64,000 bases of DNA, taken from positions 1 through 64,000 of the IMG/VR virus record IMGVR_UViG_3300001487_000106. One strand, 5' to 3'. The stretch is from a virus (lineage: Duplodnaviria; Caudoviricetes). Below are positions 37,706-48,062 of this stretch, piece after piece. The notes beneath the pieces were generated by a model that worked only from the letters and a program-made list of their open reading frames with translations, was not told where the DNA came from and did not search any database. Both the position numbers and the translations under genes were made by a program. Position 1 is the stretch's first letter. The number at the start of each line of letters is the position of its first letter.

Positions 37706-40183
37706 ATGGCAAAAGACGTACAAATGTTTTATATCGAATCTGATATAAAGAAGATTCAAACTAAAACAAATCTGTATATTCAAAAGTATGGTCCCGCTGG
37801 TGCTTTTCATTTAGCACGTGAGATTATACAAAATAATATCGATGAATGTATAGACCCAGAATCAAATGGTTCAAATATCTATATATCTTATGATAAAGAA
37901 TCTGACATGCTTATTTGTGAAGATGATGGTAGGGGATTTCCTGAAAAGGATTATCCTCTTGATATTTTTTGTACTAAGAACCAGAGTGGCTCTAAGTTCT
38001 TTAGAGACCAGGGTGGTGAAAGTGCAGGAGAGTTCGGCGTTGGTTTAACGGTCGTCAACGCACTTTCTGATAAATTTATTATCACTTCATTCAGAGAAGA
38101 TGAAGGATATAAGCATACAATAACATTTGCTGATGGTGAGAAAATTAGTGATGAAAAAGTACCGTTAAAGAAGTCTGATCCTCGTCATGGTTCGAGGATT
38201 TCATTTATTCCAGCAAGAAAATATCTTGGTGCGAATACAGTTATTCCATATAAAGATATGATTGAATGGATAGAGAAAATGACTTTCTTTATTCGTAAAA
38301 AGAAATTAAAGATAAAGGTGGATATTTTCAAAGGAATGAAGCTTAAGGAAACATACACCTTTAAACCAAGGAAGTTTGATGAACTCCTTGATAAAATCGC
38401 AACTGATACTAAATACTCTCCCAAGTGTAACTTTAGTGGCGATACTGTTATAAAAGAAAAAGTTATGAAATCTGTCATAGACCCTGAAACAGGAAAAGTT
38501 AATACAAAGAGTGAAATAGTTAAGAAAAATATTCATATTGACGTCGCTCTTAGATATGTCCCCGATTCAGTAACTTACTATGACACATATTGTAACTACA
38601 CTAATACAATAGACGGTGGTATTCATCAGGATACTTTTGAAAGATGCTTCTGTAATTATATGCAGAATAAAGTCAAAGCAACAATGACTGATAACCAGAA
38701 AGAAAAAACTCCTATACTTTGGGATGATATTCGTTCTGGTCTCTGTTGTGTTATTAATCTCTCAACCAATGCACAGGTAGGATTCGTTGGTAATGCTAAA
38801 ACAAAAATCGGATCAGATACACTGATACCATATTTAGCTGAAATTCTTAATAGAGAAATTGATAAGTTCTTTGGTGAGAACCAGAATTGTCTTAATGAAT
38901 TTATTAAGATCATTAAGCTTAATGCTAAAGCAAGGGTTGAAGCTAGTAAAGTCAAATCTGCTGTCAAGAAAGAACGTATAAATTCATTCAGTGAACACCA
39001 GATGTCCAATTTCATACGCTGTAATAACACTGGTAAAAAGTTTAAAGAGATATTTCTTGTTGAGGGAAACTCAGCTTCAGGTTCTGCTCGTAATGGATGT
39101 GACCCGGATACTCAGGCATTTTTCTTGTTCAGAGGTGTTGTTGCCAATAGCTTTAAATGCTCTCTTTCAGAGATTATGCAAAATAAAGAACTGCATGACT
39201 TGGTAACAGTAATGAGATGCGGAATTGGACCAACATTTGATCCTAACAAGCTTTACTATGATAGAATTAATATCTTTACAGATGCTGATATTGATGGTGC
39301 TTATATCAGTAGTGGTATGTTAGCATTCTTCTATAAGTATTATAGACCTCTTATTGAAGCTGGTAAGATATACAAGGTATTTTCACCTTTATATGCTCTT
39401 GACGATAAAGAGCACCCATATGTAGCAAATAAAGCAGAGATGGTTGAATTATATCATAAGAAAGTTGCCAAAAACTATAAGATTCGTCTTAAAGGTGAAA
39501 GTAAATTCATGGATAAACATGAACTATACGATTTTCTGATGGATACGTATGACTATAGAGAAAATCTTATGCGAGTTGCAAAAGATATGGGCAATGTTAA
39601 TAAGTTTCTTGTTGAATCAATAATTGCTTATTTAGTCTTAATGGGTGTTGTACGAAGTTCAGATGATTACGACGACTTAAAGTCAACATTTGATAATCAA
39701 AAGTTCATCAAAACATTCATGAGTAATATTCAGAAAAAATTCCCTGAGATCATCATTGATGATAAAACTGTATTAAGCGGTGTTGTTGAAGGCAAGTTCT
39801 GCAGTGTCAATGTATCAAATCGTTTTATTCGTAAGAATAACGGTATTATACCAGCAATAAGCGAATATGGATATATTCTTGAGGTTCAGGAAAAGGGTAA
39901 AGATATTCGAGAAATGACAATTGGAGAATTTCTTGATGATGCAATGAAGTATTCTCTCAAGATAAAAACACGTTTCAAGGGGTTAGGTGAGTTGGATGGC
40001 AAACAGTTGAGAAGTACAACCCTTGACATGAATAACCGTGTTTCAGTACAATTTACAGTTGAAGATTTTGAGAGAGAACTCTCAATTATGAATATGATTC
40101 ATGGTCCTGGAAAACAGGATCTTGAACGTCGTAAACAGCTTATGAAAAAATATCAAATAAAACGTGATGATCTTGACAACTAA
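37706..40183 (+). CDS. gyrB: Type IIA topoisomerase / DNA gyrase B-like subunit
   Basis: GHKL motifs REIIQNNIDE, DDGRGFP, GEFGVGLTVVNALS; TOPRIM FLVEGNSASGS, TDADIDG; RFKGLGE. Confidence 0.93.
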   Translation: MAKDVQMFYIESDIKKIQTKTNLYIQKYGPAGAFHLAREIIQNNIDECIDPESNGSNIYISYDKESDMLICEDDGRGFPEKDYPLDIFCTKNQSGSKFFRDQGGESAGEFGVGLTVVNALSDKFIITSFREDEGYKHTITFADGEKISDEKVPLKKSDPRHGSRISFIPARKYLGANTVIPYKDMIEWIEKMTFFIRKKKLKIKVDIFKGMKLKETYTFKPRKFDELLDKIATDTKYSPKCNFSGDTVIKEKVMKSVIDPETGKVNTKSEIVKKNIHIDVALRYVPDSVTYYDTYCNYTNTIDGGIHQDTFERCFCNYMQNKVKATMTDNQKEKTPILWDDIRSGLCCVINLSTNAQVGFVGNAKTKIGSDTLIPYLAEILNREIDKFFGENQNCLNEFIKIIKLNAKARVEASKVKSAVKKERINSFSEHQMSNFIRCNNTGKKFKEIFLVEGNSASGSARNGCDPDTQAFFLFRGVVANSFKCSLSEIMQNKELHDLVTVMRCGIGPTFDPNKLYYDRINIFTDADIDGAYISSGMLAFFYKYYRPLIEAGKIYKVFSPLYALDDKEHPYVANKAEMVELYHKKVAKNYKIRLKGESKFMDKHELYDFLMDTYDYRENLMRVAKDMGNVNKFLVESIIAYLVLMGVVRSSDDYDDLKSTFDNQKFIKTFMSNIQKKFPEIIIDDKTVLSGVVEGKFCSVNVSNRFIRKNNGIIPAISEYGYILEVQEKGKDIREMTIGEFLDDAMKYSLKIKTRFKGLGELDGKQLRSTTLDMNNRVSVQFTVEDFERELSIMNMIHGPGKQDLERRKQLMKKYQIKRDDLDN

Positions 40184-40205
40184 ATAGAGAGGAGAGTGAA
40201 TACTG

Positions 40206-42596
40206 ATGTCTGAAAAAATATCTAGACAAAATGTAGCAGATGCTACATTAGAATATTCTTGTTTATTCGGTGCAAATAAGAACGTTTATCGTATCGCACC
40301 AAGTTTACAAGATGGAAAAAAACCCGGTGCTAGACGCTTGTATTGGTCATGGTGGTTAACTGAAAAGAAACCAAAGGACACATCTAAGGAAACTTTAAAG
40401 AAACTTAGGTTTATTAAAGCTGGTACCATATCTTCAAATGCTATGGCGTATCATCCTCATGGTGATGCTGCTATGTCTGAATTGATTGTTCGTGAAGGAC
40501 AATACTGGAATAATAATGTGCTCTCTATAGTACCACAGGGCTCTTATGGAAATATCAGAGGAGATCAAGCTGCCGCTGGTCGTTATGCTGAAGCTAAAAT
40601 AAGCGAATACATGATTGACTGTTTCTTCGATGATTTTGATAAGTATTGTGTGCCTATGAAAATGGCATATGATGGAGTATCACCTGAGCCCGAATATCTT
40701 CCTGCTAAGTATCCTCATATACTATTCAATCCTCAGATTTCAGGAATAGGTTTTGCACTCGCATCAAATATTCCACCTTTTAATGTGACTGAAGTTTTGA
40801 ATGCAACGATAAAGTTGATGAAAGATCCTGAAGCAAAAATTCTTCTTATACCCGATTCACCGACTGGAGCGGATATTATTGATGAGGGTAATTTTAAGGA
40901 GATAAATAAGACTGGTAAGAGTAAGTTGACAATGAGAGCAACATCTAATATTGATTATCAGAATAATATTATTACTTTTACCAGTCTCCCTCTTCAGATG
41001 ACTTCAATGCAGGTTATTGATAAAATAATCGCATTAAAACTTCCTGAAATATATGATATTAAGGATTATACTAAGGAAGGTGAAGTTAAATTCCAGATAC
41101 TCCTTAAGTCTGATGCTAATCCTGATAAGATTCTCAATACTCTTTATAAGAAGAACACTGGTCTTAAAATGACATATCCAGTTGGAATTACAGTCATCGA
41201 TGATTATGTGGCATATGAGTATGGAGTTAAGGATTTACTTCTTGAATGGATTGAATATCGTAGAGATATAGTTCGTTCAATGTTTTTAAATAATCTTCAG
41301 ATTACAATGGAGAAACTTCATATGAATAAGGTTCTTTTAATGGTATTCAATAAGGATAATATTGAAACTACTGTTAAGATTGCTAAGAACTCATCTTCAC
41401 GTAAAGATACTATTGATAAACTTATGAAGAGATATAAGATAACATCTCTTCAGGCTGCTACTATAGCAGATATGCATGTCTATAATTTTAATGCGGATTC
41501 TTATAATCGTTATAAAGAGGAAAAGCAGAAGCTTGAAGCTGAATTAAAAGATATTAAAGATAGGCTTAAGCATAGTAGTAAGATTGATGAGTTCATCATT
41601 GGACAGTTACAAGAGGGTATAAAGAAATGGGGTCGCCCTCGTATGTCTAAGGTAGTTAAGGAAAATGATGATGATAAAAAAGAAATACCAAATACTGAAC
41701 ACCTTATCGGTATCAGTGAAAGTGGATATATAAAGAAGCTTTCTATTAAAGATAATAGTAGTATTGGTTTAGTTGGTAAAGAGAACGGAAATCTGTCAGT
41801 GATGCAAATTAATAATAGGGAGAATATTCTCGTTATTGATAGTTCTGGCAGGGTATCTAAAATATCAGTATCAGCTATTCCTGATATGAAATATGAGGAT
41901 ATTGGTGTTGAGATAAACAGATACTTTACGTCAGATGGAAAGATAATATCTCTGATGAAGTTACCAAACATGGATATACTGAAATCAAAAGATGATGATT
42001 TATGTATTATCTTTGTTACAAAGAATGGTTTGGCAAAGAAAGTACCGATAAACGAGTTTAATAAAATCACTGACTACAAAATGGGTATTACTCTTAATCC
42101 CGATGATGAAGTTGCCGCAGCAATGTTTTCATTTGATAAGAGTAGTAAAGATTGCATAATTTGTACGAACCTAGGTGATGGAATTCGTATATCAATTAAT
42201 GACATTAAAACACTGGGAAAACAGGCTAAAGGCGTTAAACAGATAAATCTTAAAGAAGATGAATATGTTGTGAACGCTTGTAAAATCAATCCTAGTAAAA
42301 AACTCTTATTCTATGTAACATCAAGCGGTCGTGTAAAATTAACTGAAACAAAATATTTCCCTGTTATGCAGAGAAAAGATGAAGCTTTATCACTTATATC
42401 GCTTGATAAAAATGAAACACTTATAGGAATATCATCTGTAAGTAAGAATGATGTTGTTATGGTATACAGAAAGAACTCTGAACCAGTAGAGATTAATTTA
42501 AATGATATTAAAGTAAGTACAAGAATTGCAAAAGGAGAAAAAATGATAAAGACTCCTAAAGGCGATAAGGTTGTTGCTTATAAAATATTCGGATAA
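40206..42596 (+). CDS. gyrA: Type IIA topoisomerase / DNA gyrase A-like subunit
   Basis: QDGKKPGARR, YHPHGD, active-site AAGRY, SNIPPFN; beta-pinwheel CTD repeats (FVTKNGLAKK, AKGVKQINL). Confidence 0.93.
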   Translation: MSEKISRQNVADATLEYSCLFGANKNVYRIAPSLQDGKKPGARRLYWSWWLTEKKPKDTSKETLKKLRFIKAGTISSNAMAYHPHGDAAMSELIVREGQYWNNNVLSIVPQGSYGNIRGDQAAAGRYAEAKISEYMIDCFFDDFDKYCVPMKMAYDGVSPEPEYLPAKYPHILFNPQISGIGFALASNIPPFNVTEVLNATIKLMKDPEAKILLIPDSPTGADIIDEGNFKEINKTGKSKLTMRATSNIDYQNNIITFTSLPLQMTSMQVIDKIIALKLPEIYDIKDYTKEGEVKFQILLKSDANPDKILNTLYKKNTGLKMTYPVGITVIDDYVAYEYGVKDLLLEWIEYRRDIVRSMFLNNLQITMEKLHMNKVLLMVFNKDNIETTVKIAKNSSSRKDTIDKLMKRYKITSLQAATIADMHVYNFNADSYNRYKEEKQKLEAELKDIKDRLKHSSKIDEFIIGQLQEGIKKWGRPRMSKVVKENDDDKKEIPNTEHLIGISESGYIKKLSIKDNSSIGLVGKENGNLSVMQINNRENILVIDSSGRVSKISVSAIPDMKYEDIGVEINRYFTSDGKIISLMKLPNMDILKSKDDDLCIIFVTKNGLAKKVPINEFNKITDYKMGITLNPDDEVAAAMFSFDKSSKDCIICTNLGDGIRISINDIKTLGKQAKGVKQINLKEDEYVVNACKINPSKKLLFYVTSSGRVKLTETKYFPVMQRKDEALSLISLDKNETLIGISSVSKNDVVMVYRKNSEPVEINLNDIKVSTRIAKGEKMIKTPKGDKVVAYKIFG

Positions 42597-42737
42597 ATTT
42601 CAATGATAAATAAAAAAAGAGAGTAGTGATATAATAAAATTCACTACTCTCTTTTTTTATTTCAATAAAGTTAGTTTACGGATATGATAAAACATAACAA
42701 TAATATCATATCTTCAAGTAAGTGAGGTGAATATTTA

Positions 42738-44177
42738 TTGTATATAAATGAAGAGGCTGATTATAATGATGAAAATAGATATCCTGTATTTATTGTACTA
42801 ACATATGGTAATAACCCATTAGGTATGGCAATAAAACATTTCACTGGTGATGAATGGACTCACTCACTTATATCATTTAATCCAGAACTATCACCTATGT
42901 ATAGTTTTGCAGCTCGAACACAAAAAATAAAAGGTCCACACTCATTATTTGGATATACATATCAAGGAACTACTGATAACTGGTATAAGCATAAACAAAC
43001 TAAGTATTTAGTATATGTGATGTATGTAAATAAATTTGCGATAAAAAAAATGAAAGATCATGTTAATTATTTTACATCGCATGAAAAAGACTTTAAATAT
43101 GATTTTGTAGGTTTAGCTAATATTGCTCGCAATAAAGATAGTGAAACACATCGAAAATATTTTTGTTCACGTTTTGTTGCTGAAGTAATAGGTCAGGGAG
43201 TACCATTAGGAAAACTTCCATCTTTATATAGACCTCAGGAATTAAAAGATTTAAATAATATATCATTAGTTAATGCCGGTACAGATATGTACATGTATAA
43301 TCCAAAAGTGACTATTTCTAATTTAAAAAAAGTAAAAAATAAAATATATAATAAATTTAATTATCAAGAAAAATATATTGAGAAAGAGGATGAAAATATG
43401 TATGATTATTTAGATTTATATCTTGATTATATTGTTGAAGAGAGTCGAAATGACAGTATTTCCAATACAAGAAAACAGCATATAGATGAAGCAAAAAAAA
43501 CAATTGATGATAGTAAAAAAACACAAAAAATGATTAAAAAAGCCATTGTTTTATGTTTAGCATGCATTGGTTTAGGTATATGGTTAGCTAATAACCATGC
43601 TAATAAAAAAATGTATAAACAAGAAGTAAGTAATCTCAAAGAAAAATTAAATGAACTTCAAAATGACAACAACGATTTAAAAAGAAACGTTGGTAAATTA
43701 ACAAGAGCTGTGAATAAATTAAACACTCAACTAAATGATACTAACTCTCGTGTTGACGATCTGGAGTCTAAAACTAAAAGAGCATATAGTAGATTAAATA
43801 AGATAGATGGCCCAGAGGGACAACTTGCTGAGTTGCGTGCTGAAAATAAAAGTACAAGAGAAGTCTTAAAAAAAACAGGAAAACGTGTTGGACAAATTGT
43901 TGGAGAATTGGAAAAACAAAAGAAAGAATATGAAAAAGATAAAGATAGGTATAATAAACAAATAGGTAACATAACTGAACATATTAAAAAACAGGATAAT
44001 GCTATTAAAGCAACAGGTCAGAAAGTTAGTAAAGCACAGAAAGATAGTCTTGGTGCAGCTGCAATGAACTTGTTAGCTGCAAAAATAAATTCAGATTCAA
44101 AAGACAAATCTGACAGAAGGGCTCTTACAACTAGTAAGAATCGACAGAAAAAACCATTAATAATAGATGTAAATTAA
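42738..44177 (+). CDS. Permuted papain-like (YiiX/NlpC-P60) domain fused to a TM/coiled-coil module
   Basis: WTHSLIS...YDF...YFCSRFVAEV (His before Cys); internal RBS and ATG at ~43398; late motif at 42691-42703. Confidence 0.65.
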   Translation: MYINEEADYNDENRYPVFIVLTYGNNPLGMAIKHFTGDEWTHSLISFNPELSPMYSFAARTQKIKGPHSLFGYTYQGTTDNWYKHKQTKYLVYVMYVNKFAIKKMKDHVNYFTSHEKDFKYDFVGLANIARNKDSETHRKYFCSRFVAEVIGQGVPLGKLPSLYRPQELKDLNNISLVNAGTDMYMYNPKVTISNLKKVKNKIYNKFNYQEKYIEKEDENMYDYLDLYLDYIVEESRNDSISNTRKQHIDEAKKTIDDSKKTQKMIKKAIVLCLACIGLGIWLANNHANKKMYKQEVSNLKEKLNELQNDNNDLKRNVGKLTRAVNKLNTQLNDTNSRVDDLESKTKRAYSRLNKIDGPEGQLAELRAENKSTREVLKKTGKRVGQIVGELEKQKKEYEKDKDRYNKQIGNITEHIKKQDNAIKATGQKVSKAQKDSLGAAAMNLLAAKINSDSKDKSDRRALTTSKNRQKKPLIIDVN

Positions 44178-44357
44178 AAAAGAATATGAAGACAAGGTGC
44201 TAAGGTTCCTTGTCTTCTTCTTTTTTATGTACTTCTCAGACGCATATCTTACAATATTTAATAGAATATAGCATGTGGTTTTCATGAAAAACATATACTG
44301 AAAACAAATATTTAAGTTGATTTCATAATAAAATCTTTGAAGAAAGGAATGAACTTT

Positions 44358-46202
44358 ATGGCATATTTAGATACTGATAAGATTCTCAACGGTTCTCCTA
44401 AAAAGAGACTTATTATCGGTTATAATGAATTAAAGAAAGATTTTAATGAATCTACAGCACAAAAATATTCTGAATTATATATGAATCAACCTTTATCTTT
44501 CATATTAGAAAATTCAAGAATGATATTTGCTGAACCTTTTTATGGTTATGAATTTTATTCGGATATTATTACTGGAGATGAAGAACTTTGTATGTTCCCA
44601 AAGTACGAAGTTGAACTTGAAAAAATTAATAGATATATTGACGAAAATCGGGACAATATGGATCCGGCACAACTCAAAATGTATACAGATTTACGAGATA
44701 AGCTTGTAAATAAAATGAACGAGTGTAAGAATACTACTATTATTGCACAAAGAGTTGATGATAAAACTCCCGAAATAGAAGATAAAGTATCAAATAAGAT
44801 TTCTAATGCGTTATTTGATTATAAGATGGGTCTTAAAGAAAATAACAATAATAAATGTAAGGAAGCTAAAGAAGAACTTGATACTGTATTCAGAAATTCA
44901 GATAAAGAAACTAATCTAACTTATGCTCCTTTTGTTAATAAAGCAATTCCGAATTCTTCAGCTTCCGGAATAGCTATATCTAAAATTGAAGGTAATGCTA
45001 CTAATGATCCTGCTACAAGGATAAATGAGTCAGTCATTGTTTCCAAGTTATTTGCTGATAAAGCATATCAAGAAGCAGTATCAAATATTCCCAAAGCAAT
45101 GGATAGAATAGTATTCACAGAATTAGCAAATGAAAACATAATTGAACAGCTTGATGAAATTATAACTGAAAGAGTTAATTCAGTTGAAACATATTATGCA
45201 AGTCCTAATTCAGCAGTTAATAATATCTTTGATGATGAAATTGATGAGGAGTTATTCAGAGAAGATAATAATAATTATAAGCGTGAAAGATATGGAATCC
45301 GTCTGGAAGTATTAGAATATGTCAGAGACATAATAACATCTGAATATCAGATATGTGATGACATTAATGCACCCATTACAGGATTTTCATTCTTTAATGA
45401 AAATACAAGCATCGAAGATGCATTTAGAATTATAAATGAAATGTGTAATGATACTGCTGAATTTGCTGGTATTGTTACTGAAAAACCTGTTGGTGATGAC
45501 GAAGATGTCACTGATGATGATATTGATAGTATGGATAAAGAAATAAATGATGATGATGGTGATGAATCAAAAAAATCTAATGCCTCTGAGCACGAGTCTG
45601 AAAAAAATAACGTGAACGATAAATCTGATGATACTAGCAGTAGTCCTATAAGATCTTTATCTGGTAAGTCTGAAGCACCTGAGACTAAGAATCTTGCTAA
45701 TAAAGTTCAGTTTAAAGCTATGGACGCTGAAGTAAAGCAGAATAAAGCACGTGCTGTCGCAAAGCAAAAGGGGCAAGAAGTTAAAAATGCGGCTAAGGCA
45801 GTTACTCAACTTCCTAAAAATGTAATGAATGATGTAAAAGACCAAATTGCTAAAATAGATAAGGCAGATGATGATCGACGTATGAAATATATGTCAGAAC
45901 CGGGCTTTAGGAAAAAAGCTTTACGTAACTTACGTTTGGCAACGCTATATGGTGGTGCTGCAAGAGTTAACTTAGCATTAATACCAGTTATTCAGATTTG
46001 CCGTCATTTTAGTAAAAAGAAAGATGCCCGTATACGTAATCAACTCGTAAGAGATATTGATACTGAAATCAAAATTACTGACGAAAAGATTAATGATGCA
46101 AGTTCTAATGGAGATAATGCTGAAAAGTATAAGCTCATGAGAATTAAATCAGCTCTTGAAGCTGAAAGAGTTCGTGTAAGAATGAATAGTAAATATGTAT
46201 AA
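44358..46202 (+). CDS. Head-associated/morphogenesis protein
   Basis: First gene of the head cluster; late motif at 44303-44315; helical C-terminus; function inferred from position. Confidence 0.5.
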   Translation: MAYLDTDKILNGSPKKRLIIGYNELKKDFNESTAQKYSELYMNQPLSFILENSRMIFAEPFYGYEFYSDIITGDEELCMFPKYEVELEKINRYIDENRDNMDPAQLKMYTDLRDKLVNKMNECKNTTIIAQRVDDKTPEIEDKVSNKISNALFDYKMGLKENNNNKCKEAKEELDTVFRNSDKETNLTYAPFVNKAIPNSSASGIAISKIEGNATNDPATRINESVIVSKLFADKAYQEAVSNIPKAMDRIVFTELANENIIEQLDEIITERVNSVETYYASPNSAVNNIFDDEIDEELFREDNNNYKRERYGIRLEVLEYVRDIITSEYQICDDINAPITGFSFFNENTSIEDAFRIINEMCNDTAEFAGIVTEKPVGDDEDVTDDDIDSMDKEINDDDGDESKKSNASEHESEKNNVNDKSDDTSSSPIRSLSGKSEAPETKNLANKVQFKAMDAEVKQNKARAVAKQKGQEVKNAAKAVTQLPKNVMNDVKDQIAKIDKADDDRRMKYMSEPGFRKKALRNLRLATLYGGAARVNLALIPVIQICRHFSKKKDARIRNQLVRDIDTEIKITDEKINDASSNGDNAEKYKLMRIKSALEAERVRVRMNSKYV

Positions 46203-46216
46203 AGGGGTGATGAAAG

Positions 46217-47914
46217 TTGTTGCTCAAAACTCCTAAAAGGATAAATAACAAATATGGTAAATATTTTCTAGCTGATGAAAGTGTCGATACAATACCAGAT
46301 ACACAGGAAATATTTATTGAAACGAAGAAAAGACAAGATGATATAGACTTACTATCATCAATAGATATTACCGATGATGAAATAGATGATTTAGAAATTA
46401 ACGTGGATTTATCTGATATGGATTTGGAAGATGATGAGCTTCCTGCAGATCTGGATATTGCGGAATTAGACGAAGATGATTATGATGTTGATATCCAAGA
46501 TATCCCAAAAATTCCTAAACCTAAAAAGAAAAAGACTAATAAAAAGAAACCACAAAAAAAATCCAATAAAAATGATGATAAACATATCAATGATATCGAA
46601 CCATTAGATGATGAAAATGAAGATAATTTGGAAGATATCGATTCAATGGATATAGCTGACATCGAACCTATTAGTGATGATGATATATCAGACATTGAAC
46701 CTCTGGAAGATTATACATCCGATGATGATATTGAACCAATAGAGGATGATAGCACTAATAATGATATCAAACCTATTGATGACTCATCTGATGTTGAAAT
46801 TGAACCTATTGATGTTGCGACTGATTCTGATGACATTGAACCTTTGGAAGATGATACACCCGATGATGATATTGAACCAATAGAAGACGATGTCTCTGAT
46901 GACGATGGTAATATCCAACCAATAGAGGATGATAGCACTAATAATGATATCAAACCTATTGATGACTCATCTGATGTTGAAATTGAACCTATTGATGATG
47001 GGACTGATTCTAATGGCATTGAACCAATAGAAGACGATGTCTCTGATGACGATGGTGATATCCAACCAATAGAGGATGATAGCACTAATAATGATATTAA
47101 ACCTATTGATGATAAAACCGATTCTAATGACATTGAACCATTAGAAGATGATGCCTCCGATGACGATGGTGATATCCAACCAATAGAAGATGATACCACA
47201 TCAGAAGAAGACACAACAAATGATGATTCCAGCGGTTCTGATGACTCATCTGATGCATCTGGTGATATCCAACCAATGGATGATAATGATCAGAATGATA
47301 ATGAGAATCAAGACGATCAAGCCACCGATAATAATGCAAGTGGTGATATAGAACCTATGAGCGATGACCAAGATGCAAATAATGAAAATCAATCACAAAA
47401 CAATGACCAAACAGATACAAATGGTGAAAATCAAAATACTCAAGATACAAATTTTAATGATAATAGCGATAATGCATCTGGTGATATCCAACCGATGAGT
47501 GATGATAATCAAAATAATGATGCTGACCAAACAGATACAAATTTTAATGGAACAGGAACAAATCCAAATAATACAGTTCAAGCTGCTCAAAATAATGAAA
47601 AGAAAAAACCTGGTTTGGAATATGATACAACTAGAAAGTACAATCTTTTCAGAGAATATATGTCACTTTACAATGCAATAGATAACTACATATCAAAACT
47701 TGATACAAATATCAAAGATGACTTAGCAGTTAATCAGCTTGTAAAAACAGCAGTTTCTAAATTAAGAGAAGTTAAGGATTTAACATACGATTATATGATG
47801 ATTAAATTTGAAACCAACTCGTATATTCAGTCATTACTCTTTTATCAAAATTTAGTAGTTTCTGTTCAGTTAATATTTAAACTTCTTACCAAAACAAAGA
47901 AAATCAATAAATAA
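46217..47914 (+). CDS. Highly acidic repeat protein (possible scaffold/core protein)
   Basis: Many DI(E/Q/K)P(I/L/M) repeats; helical C-terminal domain; directly upstream of the capsid gene. Confidence 0.55.
   Translation: MLLKTPKRINNKYGKYFLADESVDTIPDTQEIFIETKKRQDDIDLLSSIDITDDEIDDLEINVDLSDMDLEDDELPADLDIAELDEDDYDVDIQDIPKIPKPKKKKTNKKKPQKKSNKNDDKHINDIEPLDDENEDNLEDIDSMDIADIEPISDDDISDIEPLEDYTSDDDIEPIEDDSTNNDIKPIDDSSDVEIEPIDVATDSDDIEPLEDDTPDDDIEPIEDDVSDDDGNIQPIEDDSTNNDIKPIDDSSDVEIEPIDDGTDSNGIEPIEDDVSDDDGDIQPIEDDSTNNDIKPIDDKTDSNDIEPLEDDASDDDGDIQPIEDDTTSEEDTTNDDSSGSDDSSDASGDIQPMDDNDQNDNENQDDQATDNNASGDIEPMSDDQDANNENQSQNNDQTDTNGENQNTQDTNFNDNSDNASGDIQPMSDDNQNNDADQTDTNFNGTGTNPNNTVQAAQNNEKKKPGLEYDTTRKYNLFREYMSLYNAIDNYISKLDTNIKDDLAVNQLVKTAVSKLREVKDLTYDYMMIKFETNSYIQSLLFYQNLVVSVQLIFKLLTKTKKINK
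46590..47500 (+). repeat. Coding tandem repeats (D-I-E/Q/K-P-I/L/M-E/D-D units with higher-order duplication)
   Basis: e.g. ccaatagaggatgatagcactaataatgatat recurs at ~46736, ~46919 and ~47066. Confidence 0.85.
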
Positions 47915-47930
47915 TGATATCCATTATTTA

Positions 47931-47943
47931 AACATATAAATAA
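47931..47943 (+). promoter_or_regulatory. Late-type promoter of the capsid gene
   Basis: aaca tataaa taa. Confidence 0.65.
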
Positions 47944-48062
47944 TTATAGTTAATCCGAATGGATTAATTTCTGTTAATACTTGAATTACATATTCTTATT
48001 AACAGGTAATAATTACAAAAAAGTTTAATCCATTAAATTTAGAAAAGGAGTTGAAATTTTAA

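Noticed and set aside
39440-39960. Intein in the GyrB-like insert
   Set aside because: No C/S...HN-C/S/T splice motifs or LAGLIDADG blocks; resembles the ordinary TOPRIM insertion
46590-47500. Possible CRISPR-like repeat array
   Set aside because: In-frame coding repeats with no constant repeat/unique spacer structure and no cas genes
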